NCBI GenBank assembly: GCA_963422375.2
Contig: OY729427.2
Location: 416,001 to 480,000, forward strand
Source: Bryobacterales bacterium
GTDB taxonomy: Bacteria; Acidobacteriota; Terriglobia; Bryobacterales; UBA6623
Length of the DNA stretch: 64,000 nucleotides
Reading direction: 5' to 3'
This document shows, piece after piece, positions 1-10,485 of the stretch. Both the position numbers and the translations under genes were made by a program. The notes under the pieces are model-generated. The model searched no databases, was not told where the DNA came from, and saw nothing but the letters and a program-made list of their open reading frames with translations. Positions within the stretch are counted from its first letter, which is position 1. Each line of letters starts with the position of its first letter.

Positions 1-492
1 GCCCTGATGATGACCCTGAAGGGCCTGCCCCTCGCCTACAACCGCGACCTGCAGGAGGACAAGGAGGGCGTGTTCGACGCCGCCGCCCAAGTGTCCGACT
101 CGCTCGAGATGCTCGCGCTGTGCGTCGACTCGGCGCGCCTGCGCCCGCAGGAGATGGAGCGCGCCGCGGAGGACGGCTGGGTCTCGGCGACCGCGCTGGC
201 CGAGACGCTCGCCCGAAGGGGTGTGCCGTTCCACCGGGCCCACCAGATCGTCGGCGGCATCGTCCTGCACAGCGCGCGCCATGGGAAGCGGCCCGGCGAC
301 TGGAGCCTGCAGGACTTGCGCGAGTTCGCGCCCGAGCTCGACGCGGGTGCGATGGAGGCGATGGCGCCGCGCAACGCGATCGAGAACCACTCCCTGCCCG
401 GAGGCACGGCCCGGGCGAGGGTGCGGGAAGCGCTCAACGTGGCCAAGCACCGCCTGGCGCGCCTCGACGGCGCTTCCGAACGCGGGACGTGA
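1..492 (+). CDS. argH: argininosuccinate lyase, 3' part (truncated by window start)
   Basis: LKGLPLAYNRDLQEDKE and GVPFHRAHQIVG motifs; TGA overlaps the argR start (GTGA). Confidence 0.95.
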   Translation, partial: ALMMTLKGLPLAYNRDLQEDKEGVFDAAAQVSDSLEMLALCVDSARLRPQEMERAAEDGWVSATALAETLARRGVPFHRAHQIVGGIVLHSARHGKRPGDWSLQDLREFAPELDAGAMEAMAPRNAIENHSLPGGTARARVREALNVAKHRLARLDGASERGT

Positions 493-923
493 AGGCGCGC
501 AGGCAGCGGGAGATTATCGGGCTGGTCCGGTCCCGGCGCCTCCGCACCCAGGACGAGCTGTCGGCCGCGCTGGCCGAGCGGGCCATCGAAGCCAGCCAAG
601 TGACACTGTCTAGGGACCTGCGCGAGCTGGGCATCGTGAAGGCGGCTACAGGCTACGTCGAGTCGAACCGCGCCGAGGACCGGTCCGCCGCCCTGCGGAG
701 CCTAGCATCGATCGCCGCCCGGTTCCTCGTCAACGTCGGCACGGCGCAGAACCTGGTGGTCCTCCGCACCGTCCCGGGGGGCGCGAACGCGCTGGCCCAG
801 CACCTCGACGAGGTCGAATGGCCCGAGATCGTCGGGACGATCGCCGGAGACGACACGATCTTCGTAGCGACCGCGGACGCCGCCGCGGCGTCGCGGGTGC
901 GGGCGATGATCGACTCCCTCTGA
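489..923 (+). CDS. argR: arginine repressor
   Basis: GTG at 489 coupled to argH stop; TQDEL, SQVTLSRDLREL, GTIAGDDTIFV motifs. Confidence 0.95.
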   Translation: MKARRQREIIGLVRSRRLRTQDELSAALAERAIEASQVTLSRDLRELGIVKAATGYVESNRAEDRSAALRSLASIAARFLVNVGTAQNLVVLRTVPGGANALAQHLDEVEWPEIVGTIAGDDTIFVATADAAAASRVRAMIDSL

Positions 924-1022
924 GCGCGACGGCAGCGGCCCGGTCACGCGCCGGGGCCGCCAAGTGGGCTGGTATCCTAGCGGTTTCGGTCGGCGACGAG
1001 GCTCCGGGAAAGCAGGAACGGC

Positions 1023-1781
1023 ATGAGCAGCATTTCGCTCGACGGCCACGTGGCCGTGATCACCGGGGCCAGCAAGGGCCTCGGGCGGGAGATGGCGGAG
1101 GCGCTGGCCCAGGCCGGGGCGAAGGTCGTGCTCGCAGCCCGCAGCGAGTCGCTGCTCGGCGAGGTCGTCCAAGGCATCCGGGAGCGCGGGGGATCGGCCG
1201 AGTATGTCGTGGCGGACGTCACCGACGAGACCGCGGCCTCGGAGGTCGAGCACGCCGCGCAGGAAGCCTTCGGGACCTGCGACATCCTGATCAACAACGC
1301 CGGCATCAACAACCGCAAGGCGATCGAGGACATGTCGCTCGAGGAATGGCACGAGATCCTGGAGGTCAACCTCACCGGGCCGTTCGCGATGTCGCGCGCC
1401 ATCGTGCCCGGCATGAAAACGAAGCGGTGGGGGCGGATTATCAACATGACCTCGATCATGTCCCACGTCTCGCTGCCCAACCGCACGGGCTACTCGACGA
1501 CGAAAGCCGGCCTGCTCGGATTCACCCGGGCGCTCGCGCTCGAGCTCGCGCCGCACAACATCACCGTCAACGGCATCAGCCCCGGACCGTTCGCCACCGA
1601 GATGAACCGCCCCCTGATCGAGGATCCGGAAAAGAACCGGCAGTTCCTGTCGCGCCTGCCCGTGGGGCGCTGGGGACGGGTCGAGGAGATCGGCCAGCTG
1701 GCCGTCTACCTCTGCTCGGAGGGGGCCGGCTACGTGACCGGCACCGACTTGGTGATCGACGGAGGCTGGACGGCCCAATAG
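1023..1781 (+). CDS. SDR family oxidoreductase (gluconate 5-dehydrogenase-like)
   Basis: TGASKGLG, NNAG, YxxxK (YSTTK), DGG. Confidence 0.9.
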   Translation: MSSISLDGHVAVITGASKGLGREMAEALAQAGAKVVLAARSESLLGEVVQGIRERGGSAEYVVADVTDETAASEVEHAAQEAFGTCDILINNAGINNRKAIEDMSLEEWHEILEVNLTGPFAMSRAIVPGMKTKRWGRIINMTSIMSHVSLPNRTGYSTTKAGLLGFTRALALELAPHNITVNGISPGPFATEMNRPLIEDPEKNRQFLSRLPVGRWGRVEEIGQLAVYLCSEGAGYVTGTDLVIDGGWTAQ

Positions 1782-1794
1782 CGTCGGCCCCGCG

Positions 1795-2481
1795 CTAGGC
1801 CCCGCCGGCGAGCCGCACGAAGCGGTAGCCGCGGTCTCTCAGGGCGGGCACGATCCGTCGCACGGCCTCCAGCGTCTCGGCACGGTCCGCCACCGGCAGC
1901 GCCCCGTGCCCGTCATGGAGGCAGACTATGCTCCTGCCGGAGGCCTTGGCCAGGACCCGCCGAGCGATGCGCGAGGCCTCCCACTTCCAGTCGTTGCCGA
2001 TCACCGACCAGTGAACGCCGGTCAGACCGAGTTCGGGCAGCAGGCGCCGCAGGCCCGGGGAGCGCAGCCCGAAGGGCGGGCGGAAGAGCGTCGGGCGGAC
2101 GCCCGTCGCGTCCAGAATCGCAGCCTGCGTCGCGACGATTTCCTCGCGCACGCGCCGGTAGGAGCACATCGGCAGAATCGGGTGGAAGTAGGTGTGATTG
2201 CCGATCGCGTGGCCGGCTTCCACGGTCGCCCGCGCCACCTCGGGGCGGCGGGCGACGTTCCGCCCGCACGCAAAAAAGGTCGCCTTGACTTCGAGCGCCT
2301 CGAGCTCGTCCAGAAAGCTAGGCGTCTCGTCGCTCGGACCGTCGTCGAACGTGAGCGCGATGTCGCGCGGTCCCGTCTGCAAGCGGCGCAAGCTGCCCCC
2401 CCAGCGCTGGCTGGAGGGCCAGGCCGCGGAATACGCCGCGTATGCCAAGGCGACAGCGGGAAGGGCGAGTGCCGACCACAC
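1795..2481 (-). CDS. polysaccharide deacetylase (NodB/CE4)
   Basis: TFDDGP, HTYFHP, FRPPFG, LHDG motifs; hydrophobic N-terminus. Confidence 0.9.
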   Translation of the reverse strand: MWSALALPAVALAYAAYSAAWPSSQRWGGSLRRLQTGPRDIALTFDDGPSDETPSFLDELEALEVKATFFACGRNVARRPEVARATVEAGHAIGNHTYFHPILPMCSYRRVREEIVATQAAILDATGVRPTLFRPPFGLRSPGLRRLLPELGLTGVHWSVIGNDWKWEASRIARRVLAKASGRSIVCLHDGHGALPVADRAETLEAVRRIVPALRDRGYRFVRLAGGA

Positions 2482-2612
2482 GCTTCGGATTCTAGCGGCC
2501 GCGCGCGCCCGGCCGGCGGACCGCGGGGGGGGCCTCCGGGCGGTTGAGGACGGGCTCCGCAGCCCCCTATACTTATACGTTCAAGCTTTGGCCACGGGCG
2601 GGATGCATCGAC

Positions 2613-2891
2613 GTGCCACAACAGAAGAGAAGGCAGAGCGACGAAGGCTACCACTCCCCGCAGGCCGAGGCGGCCTTGTTCTTCGGCATGTTCCTGCGAG
2701 GGCATTCCGCGGACGCTCTCAGGAAGCAGATCGACATCCCGCAGGGGCTCTTCTCGAAATGGATGCGGGCCCGCGAGTACGACCAAGAGTTTCGCGAGCA
2801 GCTGCGGGAACTGTACGTCTACCGCAAGCAGGTGCTGGCCATCTTCGACTCGCTCGTGTCGACGTCTCAGGCTCAGAGCGCGTGGCAGTGA
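2613..2891 (+). CDS. small hypothetical protein upstream of acs
   Basis: Gene-like codon usage and globular-looking sequence; start chosen at GTG 2613 (ORF is open from 2544). Confidence 0.6.
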   Translation: MPQQKRRQSDEGYHSPQAEAALFFGMFLRGHSADALRKQIDIPQGLFSKWMRAREYDQEFREQLRELYVYRKQVLAIFDSLVSTSQAQSAWQ

Positions 2892-2930
2892 GCGCGCCCA
2901 GGGCCGAGTCACAGCGAAAGGAAGTCTTCC

Positions 2931-4856
2931 ATGGCCTTGTACCACCCCAACGATGAATTCGTCGCCCGGGCCAACGTGCAGGGGCGCGACGCCCGCGAGG
3001 ATTTGGTCGCCCGGGCCGCCGCCGATTCGGAAGAATTCTGGAGCGGTCTAGCCGAGACGGAACTGCACTGGTTCCGCAAATGGGACACCGTGCTGGACGA
3101 TTCCGGCGCGCCTTTCTTCAAGTGGTTCGTCGGCGGGCGGACCAACATGTCCTACAACTGCCTCGACAGGCACTGCGAAACGTGGCGCAAGAATCGCGCT
3201 GCGATCATCTGGGAGGGCGAGCCCGGGGACCAGCGCATCCTGACCTACCAAGAGCTGCTGCGGGCCGTCAAGCGTTTCGGCAGCGTGCTGCGGCGGCAGG
3301 GTTTCGGTGCGGGAGACCGGGCCATCCTATACATGCCTATGGTGCCCGAGCTGCCCGTGGCGATGCTGGCCTGCGCGCGCTTGGGGATCGCCCACAGCGT
3401 CGTGTTCGCGGGGTTCTCGGCCGAGGCGCTCAAGACGCGCATCCAAGACCTCGACGCGGGCCTGGTAGTCACCGCCGACGGCGGCTGGCGACGCGGGAAG
3501 GTCGTTCCCCTGAAGCCAGCTGTCGACGAGGCCCTCGAGGAGTGCCCCGGCGTCCGGAGCGTGATCGTCTACCGGCGGGCCGGGAACGAGATCTTCATTC
3601 AGCCCGGACGGGACGCGTGGTGGCACGAGCTGGACACGGACGCGACCGAGGACTGCCCGGCGGCGGAGCTCGACTCCGAGCATCCCCTGTACGTGCTCTA
3701 TACCTCAGGCACGACCGGGCGGCCCAAGGGCATCGTCCACACGACAGGCGGCTACCAGCTGCAAGTTTCCATGGCGATGCGCTGGGTGTTCGACATCAAG
3801 GACGACGACACCTACTGGTGCGCGGCGGATATCGGCTGGGTGACGGGCCACAGCTACATCGTGTACGGTCCGCTGCTGGTCGGCACCACCACGGTGATGT
3901 ACGAGGGAGCGCCGGACTTCCCCGGGCCGGACCGGTTCTGGCGCATCGTGGACAAGTACAGGGTTAACGTGTTCTACACGTCCCCGACCGCTATCCGGGC
4001 GTTCATCAAGTTCGGCGACGCTCATCCGGGCAGGCACGACCTCTCGAGCCTGCGCCTGCTGGGATCGGTCGGGGAGCCCATCAACCCGTCGGCCTGGGAA
4101 TGGTATCACCGCGTGATCGGCGGGGACCGGTGTCCCATCGTGGACACGTGGTGGCAGACCGAGACCGGGTCGATCATGATCTCGCCTCTGCCCGGAGCGA
4201 CAGCTCTCAAGCCCGGGTCCGGGACGTTCCCGCTGCCGGGCATCGACGCCGACGTGGTTGACATGGAGGGCAACTCGGTCCGGCCGGGCGGCGAGGGCTA
4301 CTTGGTAGTGCGCAAGCCGTGGCCCTCGATGTTCCGCACGTTGTGGGGCGATCCGGACAGGTTCCGCGAGACCTACTGGAGCCAGATCCCCGGCCTGTAC
4401 TTCGTCGGGGACGCTGCCCGTCGCGACGAAGACGGCTATTTCTGGATTCTCGGACGGGTCGACGACGTGATGAACGTGAGCGGCCATCGCCTCTCCACGG
4501 CCGAGCTCGAGTCGATGCTGGTGCGGCACGAGGCCGTGGCGGAAGCCGCGGTCGTCGGCGTCCCGGACGAGCTGACCGGCCAAGCCGTGATCGCCTTCGT
4601 CACGCCGATTCAAGGCCACGAGCCGACCGACGAGCTCGCCGCGGGCCTGCGCGACTGGATCGCCCAGCAGATCGGCAAGTTCGCCCGGCCCAAGCAGATT
4701 CGGTTCAGCGACGCCCTTCCCAAGACCCGCTCGGGCAAGATCATGCGACGGCTGCTGCGCGAGATCGTAACCACGCATACGGTGAGCGGCGACATAACCA
4801 CGCTCGAGGACCTCTCGGTGATCGAGCGTCTCTCGGCGCAGCAGGGCGAGGACTAG
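2931..4856 (+). CDS. acs: acetyl-CoA synthetase
   Basis: [34 protein letters not shown]. Confidence 0.97.
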   Translation: MALYHPNDEFVARANVQGRDAREDLVARAAADSEEFWSGLAETELHWFRKWDTVLDDSGAPFFKWFVGGRTNMSYNCLDRHCETWRKNRAAIIWEGEPGDQRILTYQELLRAVKRFGSVLRRQGFGAGDRAILYMPMVPELPVAMLACARLGIAHSVVFAGFSAEALKTRIQDLDAGLVVTADGGWRRGKVVPLKPAVDEALEECPGVRSVIVYRRAGNEIFIQPGRDAWWHELDTDATEDCPAAELDSEHPLYVLYTSGTTGRPKGIVHTTGGYQLQVSMAMRWVFDIKDDDTYWCAADIGWVTGHSYIVYGPLLVGTTTVMYEGAPDFPGPDRFWRIVDKYRVNVFYTSPTAIRAFIKFGDAHPGRHDLSSLRLLGSVGEPINPSAWEWYHRVIGGDRCPIVDTWWQTETGSIMISPLPGATALKPGSGTFPLPGIDADVVDMEGNSVRPGGEGYLVVRKPWPSMFRTLWGDPDRFRETYWSQIPGLYFVGDAARRDEDGYFWILGRVDDVMNVSGHRLSTAELESMLVRHEAVAEAAVVGVPDELTGQAVIAFVTPIQGHEPTDELAAGLRDWIAQQIGKFARPKQIRFSDALPKTRSGKIMRRLLREIVTTHTVSGDITTLEDLSVIERLSAQQGED

Positions 4857-4994
4857 AAGGAGGCGCCCCGCACGCGGTTGCGAATGAAAGGCAGCTAGGC
4901 ACTTGCGGGGCGGGCCTGTCTCGCGAGGCAATCGAGAGCGCTGCCTACCGGCCAGGGCTGCATGCGCGGGTGCGCCGTAACGGAAGGACGAGGC

Positions 4995-5390
4995 TTGACA
5001 GGGTATTCCGTCGATCACGCCCTTGCGGGCCTTGACGCCGAGCTTCCGGCGATCGCCACTTGGGCCAATCCGTACAAGCAACGGGGATTCCAGGTTGAGA
5101 TCGAGTCCAGGGAATTCACTTCCGTGTGCCCTAAGACAGGCTTGCCCGACTTCGGGACCGTGCGGCTTGTGTACCAGCCAGCGGAGAGGTGCGTGGAGCT
5201 CAAGTCGTTCAAGCTCTACCTGCTAGAGTACCGCAACCTGCCGATCTTCCAAGAGAATGCGGTGAATCGGATTCTCGAGGACATAGTGGAAGCTGCGCAG
5301 CCTACAAGCGCACGGGTCGAGGGGCACTTCAACGCCCGCGGGGGGCTGACAACGTCGGTCACGGCCCGGCACCCTGCCCCAAGCGCGTAG
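4995..5390 (+). CDS. queF: preQ1 synthase (7-cyano-7-deazaguanine reductase)
   Basis: EFTSVCPKTGLPDFG, ELKSFKLYL, FNARGG; start uncertain (TTG 4995). Confidence 0.92.
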   Translation: MTGYSVDHALAGLDAELPAIATWANPYKQRGFQVEIESREFTSVCPKTGLPDFGTVRLVYQPAERCVELKSFKLYLLEYRNLPIFQENAVNRILEDIVEAAQPTSARVEGHFNARGGLTTSVTARHPAPSA

Positions 5391-5446
5391 GTCCCTAGGA
5401 AAGACGGGCGGGTCCCGCTGGAAGCAAGCCTGTCGAAGGACCGGTC

Positions 5447-6841
5447 TCCTCTCAAGGCGAAGATTTGGCTGGAATGCTACGACTAGTCCGAAATCCTGGC
5501 GATTCTGGGTAGAGGGCGGAAATCTTCGCGATTGGCGGTTGAGCAACTTCCGACTTTGGACCTTATATGTTGTGTTTGGAGCTCCATCTGACTTCAGGAT
5601 GTAGTATGGAATGCTGGTCGCGTCAGAATTCAGGGCGCCCATTCAACTCCGAAGTGCGACACGCGGGTAAGGGGCGGTGGGCTGGGATACTAGGACCACA
5701 GTAGCAGATCCAGCGGCGCCGGACAAGCCGCTGCCGGGCCGAAGCGGGGGGGCCGCGTCCCTGTCCCCGCGGCGGGCTGCCAGCCCTGCCTCAGCCCCGC
5801 GGCACCCGCTCCCGCTCCGCCAGGAAGACTTCCTCCGGCGTGCGCCCGCCCGGCACCTTCCGCGGACGCCGGTTCAGGCGGTCCCGCGCCTCCCGCACCC
5901 GGGCCGGGTCCACCCGCCGCAGGTCCGTCCCCTGCGGGAAGTACTGCCGCAGCAGCCCGTTGGCATGCTCGTTCAGCCCGCGCTCCCAGGAGTGGCAGGG
6001 CCGCGCGCAGTAGAAGCCCGCCCCCAGCCGCTGCGCCACCTCCCGGTGCCTCCCGGTGCCCCGCGAACTCCTTGCCGTTGTCGGCCGTGATCGTGTGCGT
6101 CACGACCCCGCTCCCTGCGAGCATGGCCGTCATCGCCGCCCCGACCAGCTGCGCCGTGCGCCGGCTAACCGGCTGCACTAGCAGGTACTTAGAGAACCGG
6201 TCCACCAGCGTCACCAGCGCCCCGCGGCGCTGCCCGCCGATCACGGTGTCGGCCTCCCGGTCGCCGACGCGCGCCTGCGCTCGCGCCTCCGCCGGGCGCT
6301 CCGCGATGTCCACGCGCCCCGGGATCAGGCCGCGGCCCGCCGTCCGGCCGACCCGCCGGACGCGCTTGCGGCCGTCCGGCCTCAGGTGCCGGTACAGCCG
6401 GCTCCCCTGTCGCCGCTCCGCGCGCACCAGCTGGTAGATCCGTTCAGGGCTGATCTCCAGCGCCCCTTCCCGCTTCAGCCGCGCCGCGACCTGCTCCGGG
6501 CTCCTGCTCCGGGCTCCAGTCCTGCCGCAGGCAGTCCTCGCTCCGCGTCCGCAGCGCCGACGTCAGCTGGCGCGGCCGGCACGACGCCGCGCGCCGCCGC
6601 CGCTCCGCGCGCTCCTGCGCGCTCCCCAGCCCGCCGCCCGCAGCGTCTCGCTCCGGCAGCGCTCCTCCTGCGTCACGTGCGTGTAGCTCTTCGGCATCCG
6701 CCTCCCTGCTCCTTCCAGCACCTACCAGCCTACTGCCGCGACACCACCGCTCGCTGCCCCCCCTCTCCCCTCCCTGCCATCTTGTGGCTCGGCGCGTGTC
6801 GCACTTCGGAGTTGAATGGGCGGGGGTTTTGTCACAAGCAC
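5447..6841 (-). mobile_element. partial second copy of the 27108-27362 MITE, interrupted by IS30
   Basis: 5447-5635 plus 6826-6841 match the reverse complement of about 27108-27312; one TIR present (GTTTTGTCACAAGCAC) followed by TATATA; the other TIR is missing. Confidence 0.85.
5636..6822 (-). mobile_element. IS30-family element, decayed copy (frameshifted, internally deleted transposase)
   Basis: TIRs CGCCCATTCAACTCCGAAGTGCGACACGCG at both ends; GGG target duplication; near-identical to 24604-25978; DNGKEF and WERGLNEH motifs in different frames. Confidence 0.93.
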
Positions 6842-8189
6842 TATATATCTGAGTGCGGACGACGCCATATCCGGCTAGAACTGCTCTGTTTGGGGACGTC
6901 GTCGTCTAGCTCGGGTCTTTCGTGTGCGACCGAGGTGGGCACCGAAAGGTCGGTTCGTATCTGAATCGCGCCGGCAAGCGGATTTGGCGGCGCACGGACT
7001 AGAGAGGCCGCCTCGGGCGCCCCCGTGGAGCCCGGTTTGCCGTGGGGAGGCTCCCCTGCCAGACCGGCTGCCTGTAGGAATTGTCCGGGCTGGACACCGG
7101 TCACTGCGCGGGATTCCGGGTCCGGAGCGCCCTTCGCACCGAGCGTGAAGAGGACCGCAGCTGACCGGCTAGGCCGTGCTCGGGCCGCGACCGCGGCCTT
7201 GCCGACCAGTTGCCGGTAGGTCAGCGTCCGGCCGACCAGGCCCCGCGCCATGCGCCGCATCCGTTCCGCCGTGTCGCAGTTGCGGGCGTTGCACCGTCCC
7301 GTGAACTCCGTGAGGTAGCGGCCCAAGTGACGGACGCTCATCCGGTGATAGGTTCCGTAGAAGCCGCGCTTGAACAGGGACCGGAACGACTCGATGCCGT
7401 TCGTATGCGCTGCCCCGCGCACGTACTCGCCGCCGGAGTGCTTGACGCCCTCGTGCGCGAACTCCGCCATGCCGGCGTAGGCCGCCGCCTCGTCGGAGCG
7501 GACTTGCGCGCCCGGGGCGACCCGGTCGCGGCCGGGCGGCCACTTCGTTCGTGGCGCGGTCCCGCGCGCCCGCCACCGGGGTCTTGCCGACGGGCCCGCG
7601 CCCGGCACGGGCCTTCTTGCTCTCGTGCTTGTTGCGCTCCTTGCCGCCGACGTAGATCTCGTCCACTTCCACCGGGCCGACGAACAGGTCCCGGTCCCGC
7701 TCCCGGCACGCGCGGATGCGGTGCGCCAGGTGCCAGGCCGACTTCCGGCTGATGCCCGGGTCGCGGTGCAGCTTCATGCTGGAGACGCCCTTAATGCCGG
7801 TGGTCAGCAGGAACATGGTGATGCCCCAGACACGGTAGCCGAGCTTGGTGTCGGCCATCACGCTGCCGGTGCGCACGGTAAAGCGCTTGCCGCAGCCGCG
7901 GCAACGGTACGGCATCGAAGGGTGGGCCGCGTCGGACTGCACGCTGGAGCCGCGGCAGCGGGGGCACGCGGGACCGTCCGGCCAGCGCACGGAGGCGAAC
8001 CATTTTTCCGCGGATTTGTCATCGGGGAACATGGCGATCACTTCGATCAAGGTGATGCCTTTACAAAACCACTTTCCGGGACATTTCTGCTTAAATTTCT
8101 TCGATTAATACCTCCTATATTGGAACTATTGTATCAAGAAACTCGACCGAATTTCAACAGAGATCCGGAAGAAATATCAAATTCATTTA
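6842..8189 (-). mobile_element. IS1595-family (ISXO2-like) element, copy A; frameshifted transposase at about 7200-8095
   Basis: CPRC/CRGC zinc ribbon, VEVDEIYVGG, HTNGIESF, YHRMSxxHLGRYLxEF; partial IR TATATATCTGAGTGC at 6842-6856; left end not found. Confidence 0.88.
6847..7152 (+). ncRNA. candidate structured RNA inside IS1595 right end, copy A
   Basis: Homologous to 18811-19156 with compensatory changes in predicted stems; strand inferred from G-U pairs; transcription not shown. Confidence 0.45.
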
Positions 8190-9231
8190 CCTGATTACCA
8201 ACGAACGTCAGCCGAGGATATGCTATACTGAAGGAGATCGGAAATCTCTGACAGGAAAGGGGCTAGCAGCTGAAACGCAATCGCGTGCAATTCCAGAAGG
8301 GACTCAGCCTGGGCAAGTTCCTGCAGCGCTACGGCAGCGAGGGGCAATGCGAGCAGGCCGTCTGCAACGCCCGCTGGCCGGACGGCTTCCGCTGCCCGGA
8401 GTGCGGCTCCCGCCGGCACTGCCGCATTTGCTCCCGCAAGCTCTGGCAGTGCCATGCCTGCCACCGCCGGACCTCCCTCGTCGCCGGCACGATCTTCGCC
8501 GCCACCCAGCTGCCGCTGACCGTCCGGTTGCTGGCGCTCCACCTGCTGACGCAGGGCCAGCACGGCGTTTCGTCGCTGGAACTGGCGCGGCAGCCGGGGG
8601 TCAGCCGGAACACGGCCTGGAAGATGAAGCACAAGCTCTTGCAAGTGATGAAGGAGCGCGACGAGCGCGTGCCGCCGGGCGGCATCGTGCAGGTGGACGA
8701 CGCCTACTGGGGCGGGGAGCGGAGCGGCGGCCAGCGCGGGCGCGGCGCGGCGGGCAAGACGCCGTTCGTCGCCGCCGTGCAGGTCACCGCCGCCGGCCAG
8801 CCGGCAAGGATGCGCCTGAGCAGCGTGGCCAGCGTGGCGGGCTTGCGCAAGAAGACGCTGGCAGCGTGGGCCGGGCGGCACTTGCAGCCCGGCACGGAGG
8901 TGCATTCCGACGGCTTGGCCTGCTTCCGGGGCGTGGCCGACGCCGGCTGCGAGCACGTGCCGACCGTCACCGGAGGCGGGCAGCGGAGCTGCGCGGATTC
9001 CCGCTTCGTCCGGGTCAACACGATGCTGGCGAACGTCAAGCAGTCCCTGGCGGGAACCTGCCATGCGCTCGACGGCAAGCACCTGCCGCGGTACCTCGCC
9101 GAGTTCCGCTACCGCTTCAACCGCCGCTACGATCTGGAGGCGCTGGTCCCCCGCCTGCTCCACGCCTCCGTGCGCACCCCGCCCATGCCTTACCGCCTCC
9201 TAACCCTGGCTGAGTCTTGTGGGTAATCAGG
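8190..9231 (+). mobile_element. IS1595-family element (ISSod11-like subgroup, inferred)
   Basis: IRs CCTGATTACC...TCAGCC at 8190 and (reverse complement) at 9231; no matching target duplication seen. Confidence 0.88.
8285..9226 (+). CDS. IS1595-family transposase
   Basis: CPEC/CHAC zinc ribbon, QVDDAYWGG, HSDG, KHLPRYLAEF; stop lies within the right IR. Confidence 0.9.
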   Translation: MQFQKGLSLGKFLQRYGSEGQCEQAVCNARWPDGFRCPECGSRRHCRICSRKLWQCHACHRRTSLVAGTIFAATQLPLTVRLLALHLLTQGQHGVSSLELARQPGVSRNTAWKMKHKLLQVMKERDERVPPGGIVQVDDAYWGGERSGGQRGRGAAGKTPFVAAVQVTAAGQPARMRLSSVASVAGLRKKTLAAWAGRHLQPGTEVHSDGLACFRGVADAGCEHVPTVTGGGQRSCADSRFVRVNTMLANVKQSLAGTCHALDGKHLPRYLAEFRYRFNRRYDLEALVPRLLHASVRTPPMPYRLLTLAESCG

Positions 9232-9253
9232 ATCTTCATTGAGGAACCGCCCG

Positions 9254-10329
9254 TGAGGACCGTTCAGGAGATCCAGCTCACTCTTGGCAGACCGCAATCG
9301 AGGACATCGATCTCGACGTCCGTTCCCGCGACGATATCCCGGCCATACTGCTAGGAATACAGTCTCTCCATCGCGCCGAGAAGTTGCGGGACAAGGTCTT
9401 CTAGCTGCTCGAGAGCCGTGTCATCGGTCGCGGCGAGGGCGGCCGGAACGGCGAGACCGAAAGCGATCCTTCCGCAGGCGAGTCCAGTTATCTCGGATAC
9501 GTCAAGCTCCTAGCGGACCAAGTGGAGCAGCGCGTGCTGCGGGGTAGAAGATCCCGCACGAGGAGAAAGACTTCTCGATCTTCGAGGAATACACGTGCTG
9601 GTGCGTGGAAGGGAAGGCTGGGGTACCGGTGGAGCTGGGCGTGCCGGCATGCATCGAGGAGAGCGAGCGCGGATTCGTGATAAATCACGAAGTGACGTGG
9701 AAGGGTAGAGACATGGACGTGGCGGTTGGGATCGTCGAGGGCGCGCAGGGGCTGTACTCGGGGTTGTCGAGCGGCAGCTTCGACAAGAGCTTTCAAAGCC
9801 CGGCGAACCGGACGCGCTTGGCGAAACTGCTCTCGTGCGACGCGATGCCGCGGAAAGGAAGGCTGTCGAAGGCGGCGAAGGAGACGGAAGGCGCGCCGGA
9901 GTTCGTGGCTGCGAAGCAGACGCATTCGGCAGTGGAGTCAGCGATCAACAATCTCGAGCTCCGCGGTCTGGACCGAGTGATGGACCGGGGAGCGGAGGGG
10001 TTCAAGCAGATGATGGGGCTGGCGGCGAACGTGCATCGAGTGGGTCATATCCTGCGCGACCGAGAGGGGGAGCGTCTCAAGGCGGGACCCTTGCTGCTGG
10101 CTGCATAGGCAGTCGGCGGTGCTCTGGGTTATCCTGAATTGAAACCTTAGAGAGACTAGTTGCAGGAAAAGTTTGCAATGAGAATACCATTAACTGTATC
10201 CTCACAGTGAAAATGAAATATGAGGCGATGAGTTCGGATAATCCGCATAGCCTGTTCCTTTCATAGCTACTATATGATCGGGATCAATCGGTTAGAATCC
10301 CCGAAATAGCAGGGGCTTGCCACAAGCAC
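9254..10329 (+). pseudogene. ISNCY-like DDE transposase remnant with right end
   Basis: Fragments RSRDDIPAILLGIQ, KIPHEEKxFSIFE, GKAGVPVELG, HSAVESAINNLE with stops, frameshifts and a deletion; IR-like GGGGCTTGCCACAAGCAC ending at 10329. Confidence 0.75.
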
Positions 10330-10485
10330 AAACTACCGACCCAGCGGGCACGCGATCACGGACGGACGCCGCTCGGGAGGTCGCTGAGCACGGCGATCAC
10401 GTGAGGTCGCAACCGGGCTGGCCGAGCACTGCACCCCGAGCACCGTCATCGGCAGGTATCGCCGCGTGCGGCGATGCTACGAGCC

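Noticed and set aside
4857..4994. preQ1 riboswitch upstream of queF
   Set aside because: No recognisable preQ1 stem-loop or A-rich tail.
6852..7152. Group II intron fragment (starts GTGCG)
   Set aside because: The motif is part of the IS inverted repeat, copy B reads GTGCC, and no domain V or reverse transcriptase is seen.
6841..7200. Protein-coding extension of the IS1595 transposase through the conserved end region
   Set aside because: Frame is not preserved in copy B (indels and a stop), and conservation fits base pairing better than codons.
10109..10485. CRISPR array downstream of csb2
   Set aside because: Only one ATTGAAAC and two short GCGATCACG matches; no periodic repeats; most of the region belongs to the ISNCY-like end.
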